From contig OX597817.1 of assembly GCA_951406725.2 (NCBI GenBank), positions 9,982,001 through 10,046,000 of the forward strand: 64,000 nt of DNA, given 5' to 3'. The stretch comes from Octopus vulgaris (taxonomy: Eukaryota). The notes under the pieces are model-generated. The model did not search any database. It had not been told where the DNA came from and saw nothing but the letters and a program-made list of their open reading frames with translations. Below, in pieces: positions 1-13,400 of the stretch (its first letter is position 1; the number at the start of each line of letters is the position of its first letter). The position numbers and the translations under genes are program-made.

Positions 1-114
1 CATCCATACATGCATACATAGATATCTGCTTATATATATGTGCGTGTGTATATATATATATACATACATACATGCATACATAGATATCTGCTTATATATA
101 TATGTGTGTGTGCG

Positions 115-160
<46 letters not shown>

Positions 161-278
161 TACATACATACATGCATGCATATATATATATATACATATA
201 CATACGCAATTATACATTATATACATATATATATATATGCATGTATGTATGTATGCATACACTCACACACACACACAG
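1..278. repeat. Compound (TA)n/(CATA)n/(CA)n microsatellite
   Basis: Simple repeats seen directly; they explain the YIYI/CVCV ORFs. Confidence 0.95.
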
Positions 279-896
279 GCGATACATTAATCTGAGATTT
301 GTATGTATTTCAGTTTAAAATATGAAGGCTGCAATAAACACGCGCCTGCGCACGCTCGTCGTTATATGCATTTTACGCAAAGCATTCATAACTTCTATAG
401 GAAGTTGTCATCAGGAGCTATATCAAATGATACATTACGAGAACTTAACAAACATTGAAATGAAAGTGAAATTCTTCAAAGTGATGCTACGAAACTAGCA
501 TAAAGTGGAATGCTGGCATAATCTGAACTAAGTGGATTGAGTCGAATTAGCAGTTTGAAAAACATGAATTTATTGTTCTCTATTTGAGAAATAATACCAC
601 ACATGCAAAAATTTAATACAGGTGCGTTTTATGCGAATCGATGATTCAACGATCTCGACCCTGTGTGGTCGCCTAGTCTGTTTGAAATAACGACTTGAAC
701 TCCTTCAAATCAAAATCTACCTCCTTAAACAAAGGAATTTAAAACTGGATCCGAAAAGAACTGCAAACATCAAGTTCGGTTGCATTTAAACTCGGAACAT
801 AAAACAGAAGTATATACCACTAAGCATTTTGTCCGGCACCGTAACGCTTGGGCCTCATAGTAATAAGAGGAAGGAAGAGAAGAAGAAGAAGAAGAA

Positions 897-1046
897 GTTA
901 GTTAGTTAATTTTTTGGCTCAAAAAGCAAAAACCAAGGTCATGTAGGGGGACATGGAGTTATGTACAGGGTGGTGTTCATGTAAAGAGTTCAGGCCACTT
1001 GCGGTCAAGAGAGACTTTGAACCGAGCGGTCGTCGGCATCTTCACT
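897..1046 (-). mobile_element. CR1-like LINE, extreme 3' end with (TAAC)n tail
   Basis: Minus strand reads VKMPTTARFKVSLDRKWPELFT* (CR1-type FK..LD C-terminus), then a short UTR and a TAAC repeat tail; inserted in a (GAA)n tract. Confidence 0.6.
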
Positions 1047-2687
1047 AAGAAGAAGAAGGAGGATAATGATGATAATGATGAAGGTGGTGGTAGGTTATGT
1101 TGGTGGTGGTGGTGGTGGTGTGTTATGGTGGTGGTAGTGGGTTAATGGTGGTTGTGGCTTCTTTTACTTACCAAATGCGCATCAGATAAGGGATTCATTA
1201 CAAGGATAGTTTACAATTAATGCGGGTGTTTACACAAAAAGATGAGTGGAAGAGAGGAGAAGATAGCGGAAATGAGGTAAAAAATATGCATTACATACAA
1301 AACATGTAAAACATGGATGGAACAGTCCTTCTAATACAGGGGCAACCCAGCTAAAGCCAGTGAAAGAACCCCACAAATCTAGGATCATTCTGACCACCAA
1401 GGTCAGAAGTCCTTGCCCAAATGTTTTGTTTGTACCTAAAAGCGCTTGTTTAAAGGCAATAAAAATTAGACCAGATTTTTAGAAGCAAATACCAGATAAA
1501 ATCTAAAAAAAGTTTCTGAAGAGATACTGCAATATAAACTTTTGCTGTTTTATGTTGTACAAATAAAAATTAATTACATCAAGCGTAGAGGAGGATATAT
1601 ATCCTCAAGAAGAGTAATTGATCAGCAAGGATGAGCTTTTGCTTCGTATTGAACTTCGATATATAAAGACCTGGCTAGAGACGATTAATTATTAAGTATA
1701 CTCTTAGGATAACATTTTTTTCGTTTCGGAGATTTGCGAATAGATATCCAGCAACAACAAAAAGATGCAATTAAGATATTAAATAATTAAAACAACGATA
1801 AAGTTAAATCTACGAGTCAGGACTACAAAATAGACATTAACGATTGTTTAAATATTTTATAAGGCAATAAAAAGAAAGCAAACATCAAAAGAGAAATAAA
1901 TTTGCTCTTCAGCTCTAAGCGTATATTTTTACATAGGCATAAACACACGTTTTATCAGAAGAGGTGACGTCAATTAAAACGAAACCAGTAAGTGAGTAGT
2001 GTTTATCTTATCGATTCTGCTGGAATGAAAGGTAAAACAAACCCCGATGAAATTTTAACACGAAACGTCGTCATTCCACAGTCCCTGAGGTTTCAATATT
2101 CCATCTATTTTTACATGCATACTGATAAATGGTAGCAGAGAAAAGACATTTCCTCTTATCATATTTCCAAATAATTTAATAGCAGAATAAATATTTTCAA
2201 TATCACTTTTTCTGGTTTTCCGAAGAAATGACCCAGTTTCCATTATCTAGCATTTTTCTTCTTTTTTCCTTTCGTTACCTTGATAATAGCTTTAAAGATA
2301 TGCATGTTTTACTAATATTCATTTGTGTTACATAAACCAGTGTCCTTGTACTTTTATTCTTAAATCATGATTATATTAAGTCAATAATTTTATTTCTAAG
2401 ACCCTGAGTGGAAAAACAGGACTTTCGTGACTTTTTCTCAGGAACCGAAACTCATAACGTATTCTTATAACATTCGTATCTTGCTCGGTTTTTCATGAAA
2501 CAGTTCTTATATATTTTACATTTCTGTTACTACATATCCGTTCTCAGTCATATTTGGAAAGATTTGTTATACGCTCCTCTCTAATAAATATCAATATTCG
2601 TTGTTTGTTTCTCTTTTAATTAATTTCTTCTGTTTTTTCCCATTTATCTCTATTTCAAACGCTCTATCTTTCTAATTGACTGCCTCA

Positions 2688-2713
2688 GTATATATACACA
2701 CACACACACACAC

Positions 2714-2766
<53 letters not shown>

Positions 2767-2779
2767 TATACATATATAT

Positions 2780-2830
<51 letters not shown>

Positions 2831-2835
2831 CATAC
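2688..2835. repeat. (CA)n/(TA)n compound microsatellite
   Basis: Seen directly. Confidence 0.95.
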
Positions 2836-3706
2836 TTGCACACACATATTTGCATCATTGCTTGATGTTTTTTCTCTCGTTTTGTTCCCCACCCTTCTTT
2901 TGCTTCGTTATCAATATTCTTCCATTTTTGTTTGATTTCCGGCAACTATTTCTCTATATCAAAGGAACAATTTTATATTTCATTTTGATTATTCTAAATT
3001 TACACTTTATATAAAACGTATTCCTACAATAATTTTGACACACAATTTCACGTGTAAACATAGACAATGAAAGGCATTGATCCGCTCGAATGTATCGAAG
3101 TTTGTTTAGGGTATTATTTTTCACTAAAGTTTGCACTATTGCCAAGAAACTTAATCGATAAATATTAACGTCGTTACTCCCCAAATGTAATGGAAAATCT
3201 GTCCATATATTCTATAAAGGCCACTACTTATATTTCTCTTACATCTATGATGAATGCTATTTGCATTCATCTATTTACACAGAAAGCAACAAAATATCCG
3301 GAGTAACACTGATATTTGTTTCTTGCATATGAATGAAACTTGATAGTGTGGGAGAAGGCATGTAGCAAACAATAACATTTATAACTCTCCTAAGGTTTTT
3401 AATGACATAAAAAATGGTTCTCTCGTTCTAACACGAATGAAAAATCCAAGAAGCAATGTTTACTGCACGCCGCTCGCAGTTCATAATAAGGAACCACAAC
3501 AATAACAAGAAGAGAAAAAGAACGTTGATAAGTAGAGAATTTTACTGTAATTCGACTGTATGTCAAGAAAAGTACTTAGTGTATCATTATTTTTAGTAAT
3601 GCTGACTGTGCTTCAAGTATGTGTGGAGGTGTTGCTTCCAAAATTATTCTTACTATTATCCATATAAATAAGTATCATATCATTTGTTACCATTAGTAAA
3701 CTAGGT

Positions 3707-4292
3707 GAAGGCGGTGACCTGGCAGAATCGTTAGCACGCCGGGCCAAATGCTTAACGATATTTCGTCTGCCGTTACGTTCTGAGTTCAAATTCCGCCGAG
3801 GTCAACTTTGGCTTTCATCCTTTCGGGTTCGATTAAATAAGTACCAGCTACGCATTGGGGTTGATATAATCGACTTAATCCGTTTGTCTGTCCTTGTTTG
3901 TCCTCTCTGTGTTTAGCCCCTTGTGGGTAGTAAAGAAATAGGTATTTCGTCTGTCTTTACGTTCTGAGTTCAAATTCCGCCGAGGTAGACTTTGCCTTTC
4001 ATCCTTTCGGGGTCGATAAATTAAGTACCAGATACGCACTGGAGACGATATAATCGACTTAATCCGTTTGTCTGTCCTTGTTTGTCCCTTATGTGAGTAG
4101 CCCCTTGTGGGCAGTAAAGAAATAGGTATTTCGTCTGTTTGTATGTTCTGAGTCCAAATTCCGCCGAGGTCGACTTTGCCTTTCATCCTTTCGGCTTGGT
4201 AAAATAAGTACCCGTTGGACACCGGAGTCGATTTAATCGACTTAACCCCTGCCTCGTAATTGCTGGACTTGTATCAAAATTTGAAATTATTA
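3707..4292 (+). mobile_element. SINE family A (tRNA-derived), head-to-tail trimer
   Basis: Head GGCGGTGACCTGGCAGAATCG (A-box-like) and GAGTTCAAATTCC (B-box). The central GCCTTTCATCCTTTCGGGGTCGATAAA..AGTACC domain (resembles the Meta/MESC SINE domain) occurs three times; units 2 and 3 are 5'-truncated. Confidence 0.9.
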
Positions 4293-4599
4293 TTAGTAAA
4301 CTAGTTGCTAGCATATATACAACCAAGAAATTCTTTTAAATTTTAGCTACACCATTAACGATCAGAACAATACTTTTCTAAATGACGGTAAAAAAAAATC
4401 AGAGGCGATAAATCAAACATTTCGATGAGGTTTCATTATTAAGATGCAGGGGAAATCTCATTGAATGATGGAAATATTGAAAACAAAGTATTGGCAATAT
4501 TTCATATAAACAAATAATGTTATGTGGCCATCTTCCGAGTAACCTATCAGCTCAAAAGAAATAAAAGTGCAATAAAACTATTTGAAATGCATATCCTAG

Positions 4600-5000
4600 T
4601 CAGCAAAGCAATTGTTATAAAGGCCACAGTATTAGAACCCTGCAACAATAGACATCAATTAGAGAAATGCTTAAGCCAATGAACCTATTTATAGAGGCCA
4701 ATATAATTCTACTAAACCTGCTTGAATTTGGCAACCATCAAGAACAATACTAGACAATTCTATGCATGACGTGAAGTTGTTAAAATGTGGTTATAATGTT
4801 TCTTCCTTGCTGTACCCATTGAACACAGAGGAGGATTTTGGTAGCAGAACTATAAACAAACGATTCCACTTTATATGTGATTTATCCATAATAAATTATT
4901 GTAATGCAGTTGTGTTGATCCTAGTTGATAATGTCCCAACTCTGAAGAAGGGACCAAATTATTTCAGCAATAGAGGATTATTTATTATGTTTTATACCTA
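4600..5000 (+). mobile_element. Highly decayed reverse-transcriptase fragment, possibly Penelope-like
   Basis: EMLKPMNLFIEAN and YNVSSLLYPL resemble PLE RT motifs (LKP...FDVxSLFTNIP); many stops and frameshifts. Confidence 0.3.
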
Positions 5001-5620
5001 TTGTGATTGGAATAATCACGTTAGAGAGGATCATATCTGAAATAGCGGATGTAGTGGGTGAGACTGATGGGCATAGTAATTGTAGAAGAGAATAGTGAAG
5101 GAAACAGCATCTTCGAATTTAGGGTTATACAAACCAGCTGAATGTGTTGTGCTTTTTACCGGACACGAACAGGAATATCTTTACATGAAGTTGTACTATC
5201 CAAGATGTACGAGTAGCACTTTACTTTGAGTTACCCTTCATTTCTGTAGAGGATTAGCAACTGTTCAAGATGCAAGTTGCCGAAGTTATTCAAGATAAAT
5301 TACACCTGTGGATAATCCTAAGCATTTCAGGGTTAACAATTTATAATGAGAAATCTTAAAATAGTTTCAGCAATAAATATATGTATTTTAAACATGTCTG
5401 GAAATGCTTAGGTCCCCCATCGTGTATGATCTTTTCGTGTAGAAGATTGCAAGCGCGTGATAGAAACTTGTTTCCACAGATTATCAAAAGTGGCGGGAAT
5501 TGCATGGGTGCCGAATAAAATGGAAGTCAAATGGAAGAACCTGTATATTAAATATTTCACACTGATTATAATTTCTGCTTACAGACCTTCCAGATAGTGT
5601 TCCACTTTTATTGATAAGAG

Positions 5621-5657
<37 letters not shown>

Positions 5658-5940
5658 TTCTCATGTTGCAACATAATTACAGTTACTTGCTACTCTGGGG
5701 TTTTTTTCTGAAATTCTATTAAATCTTGTATCAATTTTTTTCTTATTCAATCATCAATTAAATTATGCCAATATTTTCGACTTTCTATCTTAACATATCT
5801 ATGATAGTAGGGGAGAGGTAACTAAAAGTAATAAGAGCAAGATATTTCATCGTAATTTCTTGATTGCATTTCGAGTGGTGCCGAATATAGCGATGTCTAC
5901 TGACAGAATTCTGCAAACTTTTAACTTTTAAAGCATACAA

Positions 5941-6026
5941 AAAGACGTATGCAGAGAAGTATATGATGACCATCATTATCGTCCGTGTTGTTTATTTAAA
6001 CGGACTCGAGTTTCACACCACAGCAA
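5941..6026 (-). repeat. Partial direct copy of the PLE terminal repeat at 7718-7847
   Basis: AAAGACG(T/C)ATGCAGAGAAGTAT..CATCATTATCGTCC and TTTATTTAAACGGACTCGAGTTT.ACACCACAGCAA are shared by both loci. Confidence 0.85.
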
Positions 6027-6132
6027 ACAGAATAAACCGATTTCATTATGCAATATTTCAATATAAGAAAAGCAACAGAAAACTGCAGCTAAGTCACAAG
6101 TTTCTACTTACAATCAACTTTCATTTTCTGTC

Positions 6133-6322
6133 TTACATGTGCTCAATGTGGCCACCACCTGCAGCACGGGCAACATTAATGCGATAAGAGAGCTCCTCCC
6201 AGACGTGTATCAGCATATTACGATCCACTGAGTGGGTCGGTGTTGTTATTCGATGTTTAAGCTCTTCGAGGTTAGTGGATAGCAGCGGAACATAAACGCT
6301 ATCTTTTACATATCCCCACAAC
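6133..6322 (-). mobile_element. Tc1/mariner transposase C-terminal fragment
   Basis: WGYVKDSVYVP..TNLEELKHRIT..VWEELSYRINVARAAGGGHIEHM* is the characteristic C-terminus after the D35/D37 motif. Confidence 0.85.
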
Positions 6323-7125
6323 AGCGATCAAGAGAAAGGGGAGACCCAGATATTGTTACAGTATGCATCAATTCAAACGAAATCGACAGCTAGAACAATG
6401 ATAACATCACATCTTTATATAAGGTAACATTACAACCCTAGCAATATACCGAACCAGTACCTTCTAAACTAGTCACCCAAGTGCTTACAATCAACCAAAG
6501 GAACAAACAGGGTTCATGAACAGATTTTTGTCACTCACCAGCACTTGTAGATTATGAAACAAGTTATTCCAAACCAAGGAGGATATAGACAATAATTGTG
6601 TTTTAGTTTTATTGATTTTGAGGTAAACTTCAATAATATTGAAATCCTGGTTGTGATTGAAGTTTGTCATCGTTGGGGAAAACATCAAAACTTGTATGCA
6701 GATTAGTAAGAAAATCTATAACCAAGGAAGAATATCAATGCTACTTCATATTGATAGCAAAAGAATCGATATTAAAAGAGGATTTTAAAAATGGGATATG
6801 ATATCGCCCAAACTTGTTAATGCAACATTGGAATGCATTTTTAACAAGGTTCGTTTATATGAAAGAGAAATATGCATAAACGGTTTGCTGGCGATATAGT
6901 CATTTTAGGAAAAGATTCTCATGAACTGAAGCAATTGATAATTGAACAGAACTATGAAATCAACTAGTCTGAACGAAAAATAAGCATGAAGAAAAGTCAT
7001 ATTCAATAGTCATGCTAAGAGTGAAATAACCATAATCAGTCATCTTGCTTAATAACAACTGACAATTATATATATATATATATATATACTTTGGACAGCT
7101 GGTAAAAATGAAATATGGTTATATA

Positions 7126-7515
7126 TCTTTATATATAAAAGTAAGGTTGTGTGTCTGTCTCCTACGATTTAGATTCCTAACTACTCCCACATTTTGCGGT
7201 GCAGTTTAACCAAAACCGGGTATCTTATAGTTGTGATTCATATCGAGCCCTTCTGGGTATTAGCGCGCGTCCACGATGAGTCTACGATTTAAAAAAAAAT
7301 TACCATCATTTTTTTCCATTTAATGTATTTTTTCGCTATTATATAAGGGAAGTAACTCTCTAAAAATGTCTACGATGAGTCAACGATAAAAAAAAATTAC
7401 CATCATTTTTTTCCATTTTTAGTGCATTTTTTGCTATTTTTGGCTATAACTCTCTAAAAATGCTTATATAGTTATTTCCCTTACAAACCCGAGCAACGCC
7501 GGGCGATACTGCTAG
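7126..7515 (+). mobile_element. Non-autonomous Helitron
   Basis: A|TC 5' end (TCTTTATATATAAAA), subterminal hairpin CCCGAGCAACGCCGGG, CTAG|T 3' end, no TSD; internal tandem duplication of about 90 bp. Confidence 0.9.
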
Positions 7516-8659
7516 TAGGAAATAAAAGATTGAATACAGACTATATAAGATGCTTTTAGTAAATTAAGTAACATGGTGAAAAATGACGTAATACTATACC
7601 TGAAACAGTATTTTATCAATATATTACATCTTAAATTATTTTAAGAGAAGAGAAAGGGGCGATGGCAAAAAACATGAAGCAGAAGCTTAGAGCAAAAACA
7701 TGGAATAGAAGCAACTCAAAGACGCATGCAGAGAAGTATGTGATGATCATCATTATCGTCCCTTCCCCCTGATGCACACACACTTATTATACGCGCAAGT
7801 GCACCCGTGTAGTTTATTTAAACGGACTCGAGTTTTACACCACAGCAATCTTCAGGCGTGAACTGTGTTTTTTCGGCATTCAGGATGGTTTATACACAAC
7901 TGAGCGATTGATTCTTTTAACTATAGCTATCGTTTTCATTAGCCAGTTTTCAATATTGTTTTACTAAAGAGTTGGATATGCTTACAGTCATATCATTTAT
8001 CAATTCTTTGGCTCTATTTTGTGGGGAGGGTATCGGTGTTGCTTATCGGCATATTGATGCTCACATCCTGTTTCCTGAAGTTGTGTGTCTGTATTTTTCT
8101 CATTGGACAATTCAGTAATCGCTCTGTCTTTGCTTCACTTGACAGTGCTTTGTTTTACAACATAATTTTTTTTATTCATTGTTCCTCAGTAGTTATTCTG
8201 TATCTGACGGTCGATTACGTCATTCAGATCCTGTTTTGATAAAGTCGTACTTCTATCCACTTCATTATTTATTAATTTTATATCTGAAGTAGCTAAAGAT
8301 GTTTTTGATATAATCTGTTGGGGGTTTTCATTTAATATATGATGTCTGTAAGCTGTCATTCTATTTATGGGTTAATTTGATCTCTTGTTCCGTTGGCTTT
8401 GGCATTGTTGTACTGCCACTGCTACTACTGATGCCGTTGAGTCATTGAATATTTATCATGTTTGTAGTTCTGTTTGTAAAAAGGAATTCATTCTGGTGTG
8501 TGCAATGTGATATCATCTAATTTGTTCAGAAAGCACATTTGTTGAGTAATTGTAATATTTTTCATGGGTGCACCGGAAGTGTATGCTGGAACTAATTATG
8601 TAAGTGGGGGTAATGCCTATTATTTCTCAATTTCCGTGTACATACTAATCTAACTACCT

Positions 8660-8660
8660 T

Positions 8661-8718
<58 letters not shown>

Positions 8719-8862
8719 CGTCTGTTTGTCTGTCTGTATGCATGTGTGTATGTGTACGTATGAATGTATGTATGTATGTATGTATGTATGTATGTATGTA
8801 TGTATGTATGTATGTATGTATGTATGTGTGTATGTATGTGTGTATGTATGTATGTATGTATA
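8660..8862. repeat. (TCTA)n + (TATG)n microsatellite
   Basis: Seen directly. Confidence 0.95.
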
Positions 8863-9566
8863 CAAATCTCCCTGTGTGTCAAGTATACTTCGACAGAAAG
8901 ATAACAGTTCTTCTATACACTTATACTGCGGAACGATATATTTGTTGCTCCAACGTAGTTTTGTTGGTTTGTTTCACTTGAAATACTGTACCTCAGTAGA
9001 TCATTTATATCTGAAATCAATTTCCATTTAACGGATATCACTTTGATCTGTTTTCGGTTGTGAGCTGAGGGCTGCGTATTTCTAAATGTGATTGTTTATG
9101 GCTTCGATGCTGAGTTTCTGTTCCTTATGTAAGTGTAACTGATGTTTTCGATTTTCCTATATTGTATCTTGCTGAAATATTTTGTTGACTAACGTTAGAA
9201 ATGTTACCACATTTTACGCTACGTTTTCAATGAACAACGGATTAAAATAGGATTGTTGGTTTCTCTGGGTATTTTCAGCTCAAGATTCATTTAAGTAACT
9301 TTGGATACGTATTCGCATATTTTCTATGAACCCAACCGCTTCATTGCAAAACGGTGCGGTATGGTTGAATATTATTTCTCCGAATGATATTCTAGAGATT
9401 CTATGGCATTTTTGTATCAGTTCTTTATTATTGAATATTGGTAAATGAAATGTTTGTCTATATAAGGCAGAAATTTACTTTGGGGATGCATAGAAATATA
9501 TTCTTTTAGTTGGGAATGTTGTGATACTGGTCCCGATCGTTATTTTAATGTCAAAATCTTTAAGTA

Positions 9567-9735
9567 TACTCTTTACTCTTTTACTTCTGGAGCACCGTCT
9601 TTAGTCGAGCAAATCGACCTGGGACTTATTCTTTGTAAGTCCAGTACTTATCCTATGGGTCTCTTTTGCCGAACCGCTAAGTGACGGGGACATAAACACA
9701 CCCGCATCGGTTGTCAAGCAATGCTAGGAGGACAA

Positions 9736-9794
<59 letters not shown>

Positions 9795-9957
9795 TACGAC
9801 AGGCTTCTTTCAGTTTCCGTCTACCAAATCCACTCACAAGGCATTGGTCGGCCCGAGGCTATAGCAGAAGACACTTGCCCAAGATGCCACGCAGTGTGAC
9901 TGAACCCGGAACCATGTGGTTGGTTAGCAAGCTACTTACCACACAGCCACTCCTGCG
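9567..9957 (-). mobile_element. SINE family B (tRNA-derived CORE-type, octopus OR2-like)
   Basis: Head GCAGGAGTGGCTGTGTGGTAAG...GGTTCAGTC, CORE-like TTGGGCAAGT, internal (TA)/(TG) tract, (AAGAGTA)n tail; inserted in the PLE RT. Confidence 0.9.
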
Positions 9958-10289
9958 TATAGTCGTAACATTCTTTCTAAATTTGTTTAATCGGTATCTA
10001 TCCATGTTTTTGAAGCTCGTGAGGCCCTTGCTGATCTTTAACCCCATTTAAATGGTTCGAAAATGTTGCTTACACTTATGAGTGTACATAGAGCAAGGAG
10101 TTCACATTTAATTTGTTCAGCCGTAATATTCTACACTTACGGTAAAGGTCTATTTCATCCCTTGACTTATTCACAGTGAGATATCGTAAAGCAGGAAGAA
10201 CTTATTTGAGTATATAATTATGCTTATTTATAGGTAGTTGTTGCGAGTTTCTGTAGTTTTATTAAGTCAAGTATCCTTATCAACTAGTG

Positions 10290-10406
10290 TGCATACACAC
10301 ACATACACACGCTCAAACACTCACGAATACACACACACACACAAATGCACACACTGTTCACAAACGCACGGATACACTAACACAAATACACACACAAATA
10401 TGTATG

Positions 10407-10448
<42 letters not shown>

Positions 10449-10680
10449 TAGATAGATACATACATACATACATACGTACATACATGCACACATACACACA
10501 TACATACATACATACATATATACATGCATGCATGCATGCATACATACATACATACATACATACATACATACATACATACATACATACATACTCAGATACA
10601 TACACACATGCATACATACATACATACATGCATACATACATACACAGATACATACACACATGCATGCATACATACATATA
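10290..10680. repeat. Compound (CA)/(TA)/(GA)/(CATA)n microsatellite
   Basis: Seen directly. Confidence 0.95.
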
Positions 10681-11022
10681 CCCCATGCATTAGTTGAATG
10701 GAGTGGAGTGTTTGATAATTCTTAATCAGAAGTGATCCCCCCCGACTGTCGTTTGTAAGAGATGCTTTTAAAACAATTACGGAAATGGTCATGACGAGGA
10801 TCATGTATTGGTTACATAGCAATTCACAAAACGTCTTTCCTCAACCTAGAATATTATGGTCTGATTCACACAAGAAATAAACGGAGATGAAAGCTGCATG
10901 TTATGTTTGTCTGAGAAATCTTGTAAGCTTCTAATATATCGTGTACATGTATGTATGTATGTATGTATGTATGTATGTATGTATGTATGTATGTATGTAT
11001 GTATGTATGTATGTATGTATGT

Positions 11023-11232
11023 CGGAAGGAGGACTTAAAGGACATGCAAAGGTACATGAAGCCCAGTTACAACTACAGCCGGCTATTACCGATAAAGGTT
11101 TTAGTTGCCAATTTTGTACAAGACATTGTAGATCTTTAGCTGGGCTAAAAAGTCACATTCGATCACAGCACCAGTAACAATTAAACTTCGTGCAATGGCC
11201 ATACTCCATAACGAGGGGACAGCCATAATAAT
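11023..11232 (+). mobile_element. RTE (BovB-like) LINE, extreme 3' end, between (TATG)n tracts
   Basis: FSCQFCTRHCRSLAGLKSHIRSQHQ* is the C2H2-like tail typical of RTE-BovB ORFs, followed by a short UTR and a (TAA)n tail. Confidence 0.75.
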
Positions 11233-11303
11233 GTATTATGTATGTATGTACGTATGTAGGTATGTATGTATGTACGTATGTATGTATATACATATATACA
11301 TAT

Positions 11304-11366
<63 letters not shown>

Positions 11367-12489
11367 CGTGTGTCTATGTGTGTGCGTGTGTGCTCGTGCA
11401 TGTAGGAATTTGTCTAGGAAACTGAGTACAATATTTTATTTAATAGTTTTTTCTTCTTCTCAAAATATTACACACAATATTTATGTGTTTGTAAAACACA
11501 ATATACACCACTTCTTTGTAATGTAAGAGGTTTAAGTGGGATCGAAACCAAGACTGGGTAATTATCGTCTGTGGTATCATATCAACGAGATTGTCACAGC
11601 ATACTCATAGAAACAAAAGTTCTAACATTAATCCTTTCGGCTAAGTGCTACATTCTCTTTGATTGCAGAGTTTGAAGAAAGTAAAAATATGAGAAAATAA
11701 ATTAAAGAAATAAATTAATTTATGGAAGCTAAATTCTTCAGTGCTCTTCACATTTTCGAACCTCTAGTTACAAGAAAAGCCTGGTTGAACCTATGCTTCA
11801 ATGTTTTATTAGCTCAATGTTAAAATCTTTTAGTAGAAAGTAAAATATTGAAATATTTACATTTCACAAGTTTTGTGAACTCTACTTATGCTCGTATGTG
11901 TGCATCTGTGTCTGCGCGTGCGAGTGTGTCTCTAGTAACAATGTTGGATTAATTTTCTATACCTTATAACATTAGTGACTTTGTGCTTCTGTAAGAATTC
12001 GTTGTTTTCATTAGTCTTTCTCTTCAGAATGCTCTATTTTAGTTCGAAGCCATTTACGTTTTCACTAACTTCAATCAGAATGTCTAGAGGCATGTGGCCA
12101 GTTTCCCAGTCATTTTCTCTTCTCTTCTTCAACATCCGCAAACCACATTCTAACCAAATTCCTATTCATAGGTGCTGTCTAGGTTTAAATAAACTCAACT
12201 CTCCATGTTACTCACCTTTTTCACCGGGATATCAATAATAACAGCTTTCAGTTATTCTGAGTAATTTCCTAAGATGACAAGGAGGGTAGCTCTTTTGAGC
12301 CTGTCATCTATTACCTTAAGTACTCACTTCCAATATCTCAAAGGTAATTATCTAGCAACTTGAACATCTTTCCCTCCCTTTCCCGTCAACGACTACCATT
12401 ACGGCTTACGTAACGCCTGATCCTTTGGAAATCTCCTCTCCTATGCTTCTCCCACCCAACCAGTGTGTTCTCGTCTTAGAGAAATTTCA

Positions 12490-13400
12490 TGAAAGCAATG
12501 TTCTGGCTACCGACATCGACAAAACTTTCGACAGTGTCTGACATACGAATCGCTAATAAGGACTATGAGATCCGTCCGTCTCTCCTTCTTTCTCAGTTGT
12601 TGCTGACGATGCAATTTTAGTCCCAAACACTGCGAGCTTAGGAGTATGGGATTCTGTCTTTTTCTTTTATTCTCTATCTATTATACAACCAGCCATCATA
12701 TCCAAAAATTCCCACTTTTTTAACGATGATGCTATCCCTCGTTCTTATATAACTTTCTCCAACTATGCGTCATTCCCGTTCAAACTAAATCCCTCACTCA
12801 AACATTCACCGACTCTATTATGACAGACATCGTAAACAACATCCAACGGCCAACAGCAAAAACTACTAGGGAAAAAATATTTCATCACACCTCAAACCCA
12901 TGTAGCACTCAAGTAGAGCCCTCATGTTCGATTAAAATTCTATGCCTCAGTATCACCGATGCTCTCTCCTGGCAAAAAGACATACTTAACATATCTCAGA
13001 TGGCATCTCGAATTCTGGTCCTTTTCCTCAAGCCAGGATATCAACTAAAACAATTACTGACACTCTACGAAGCTCAGATAATACTCTGAATGGAGTATTA
13101 TGCACGCATCTGTAATGGTGTTGCCGTTGGACGTATTGACATCTTAAACTGCTTCTAGAGAAATGCCACTCGGCTGATTGGAGTCAAGTCCCTCATTGAC
13201 ACTTCAGCTTCTGGTCAGCAGATGTATTGTTGTCTCTCTGCTTTTTCTATGGTCACAAAAATAGCGTTGGAGCTGGCTGGTGTCGTGTCACCTCCACTTA
13301 GGAACTTCCGACACACTTGTTTCTCCTAATCTCATCATCCATGACGTGTATCCTGAGGCCTGTACAAATCACTATATCCAGCTCTACTTCCTTAGAACGT
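12490..13400 (+). mobile_element. Decayed CR1/Jockey-group LINE RT
   Basis: VLATDIDKTFDSV*H (DxxKAFDxVxH), FNDDA (YADD remnant), ITDALSWQKDILNI..LLTLYEAQI..MEYYARI. Confidence 0.7.

Larger units (their letters stand above)
7718..10150 (-). mobile_element. Decayed Penelope-like retroelement (Naiad-like RT plus C-terminal GIY-YIG), interrupted by a SINE and microsatellites
   Basis: Minus-strand remnants: KGLTSFKNMDRYRLNKFRKNVTTILKDFDIKITI (RT), YFNPLFIENVA.NVVTFLTLVNKIF, YPLNGN*..MIY*GTV, NYVGATNISFR (GIY-YIG), FLNKLDD..HCTHQNEFL (C-terminus). The terminal repeat has a hammerhead-like motif at 7822-7859. Confidence 0.75.

Noticed and set aside
340-352. NRF1-like GCGCCTGCGC motif
   Set aside because: A single motif without other promoter evidence.
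370-420. CUGAUGA plus hairpin on the minus strand (hammerhead, SECIS or K-turn-like)
   Set aside because: GAAA is incomplete (GAAU) and stem I does not pair; the helix is too short for a SECIS.
3707-4292. CRISPR-like repeat-spacer pattern
   Set aside because: The units are ~190-bp SINE copies in eukaryotic DNA, with no unique spacers or cas genes.
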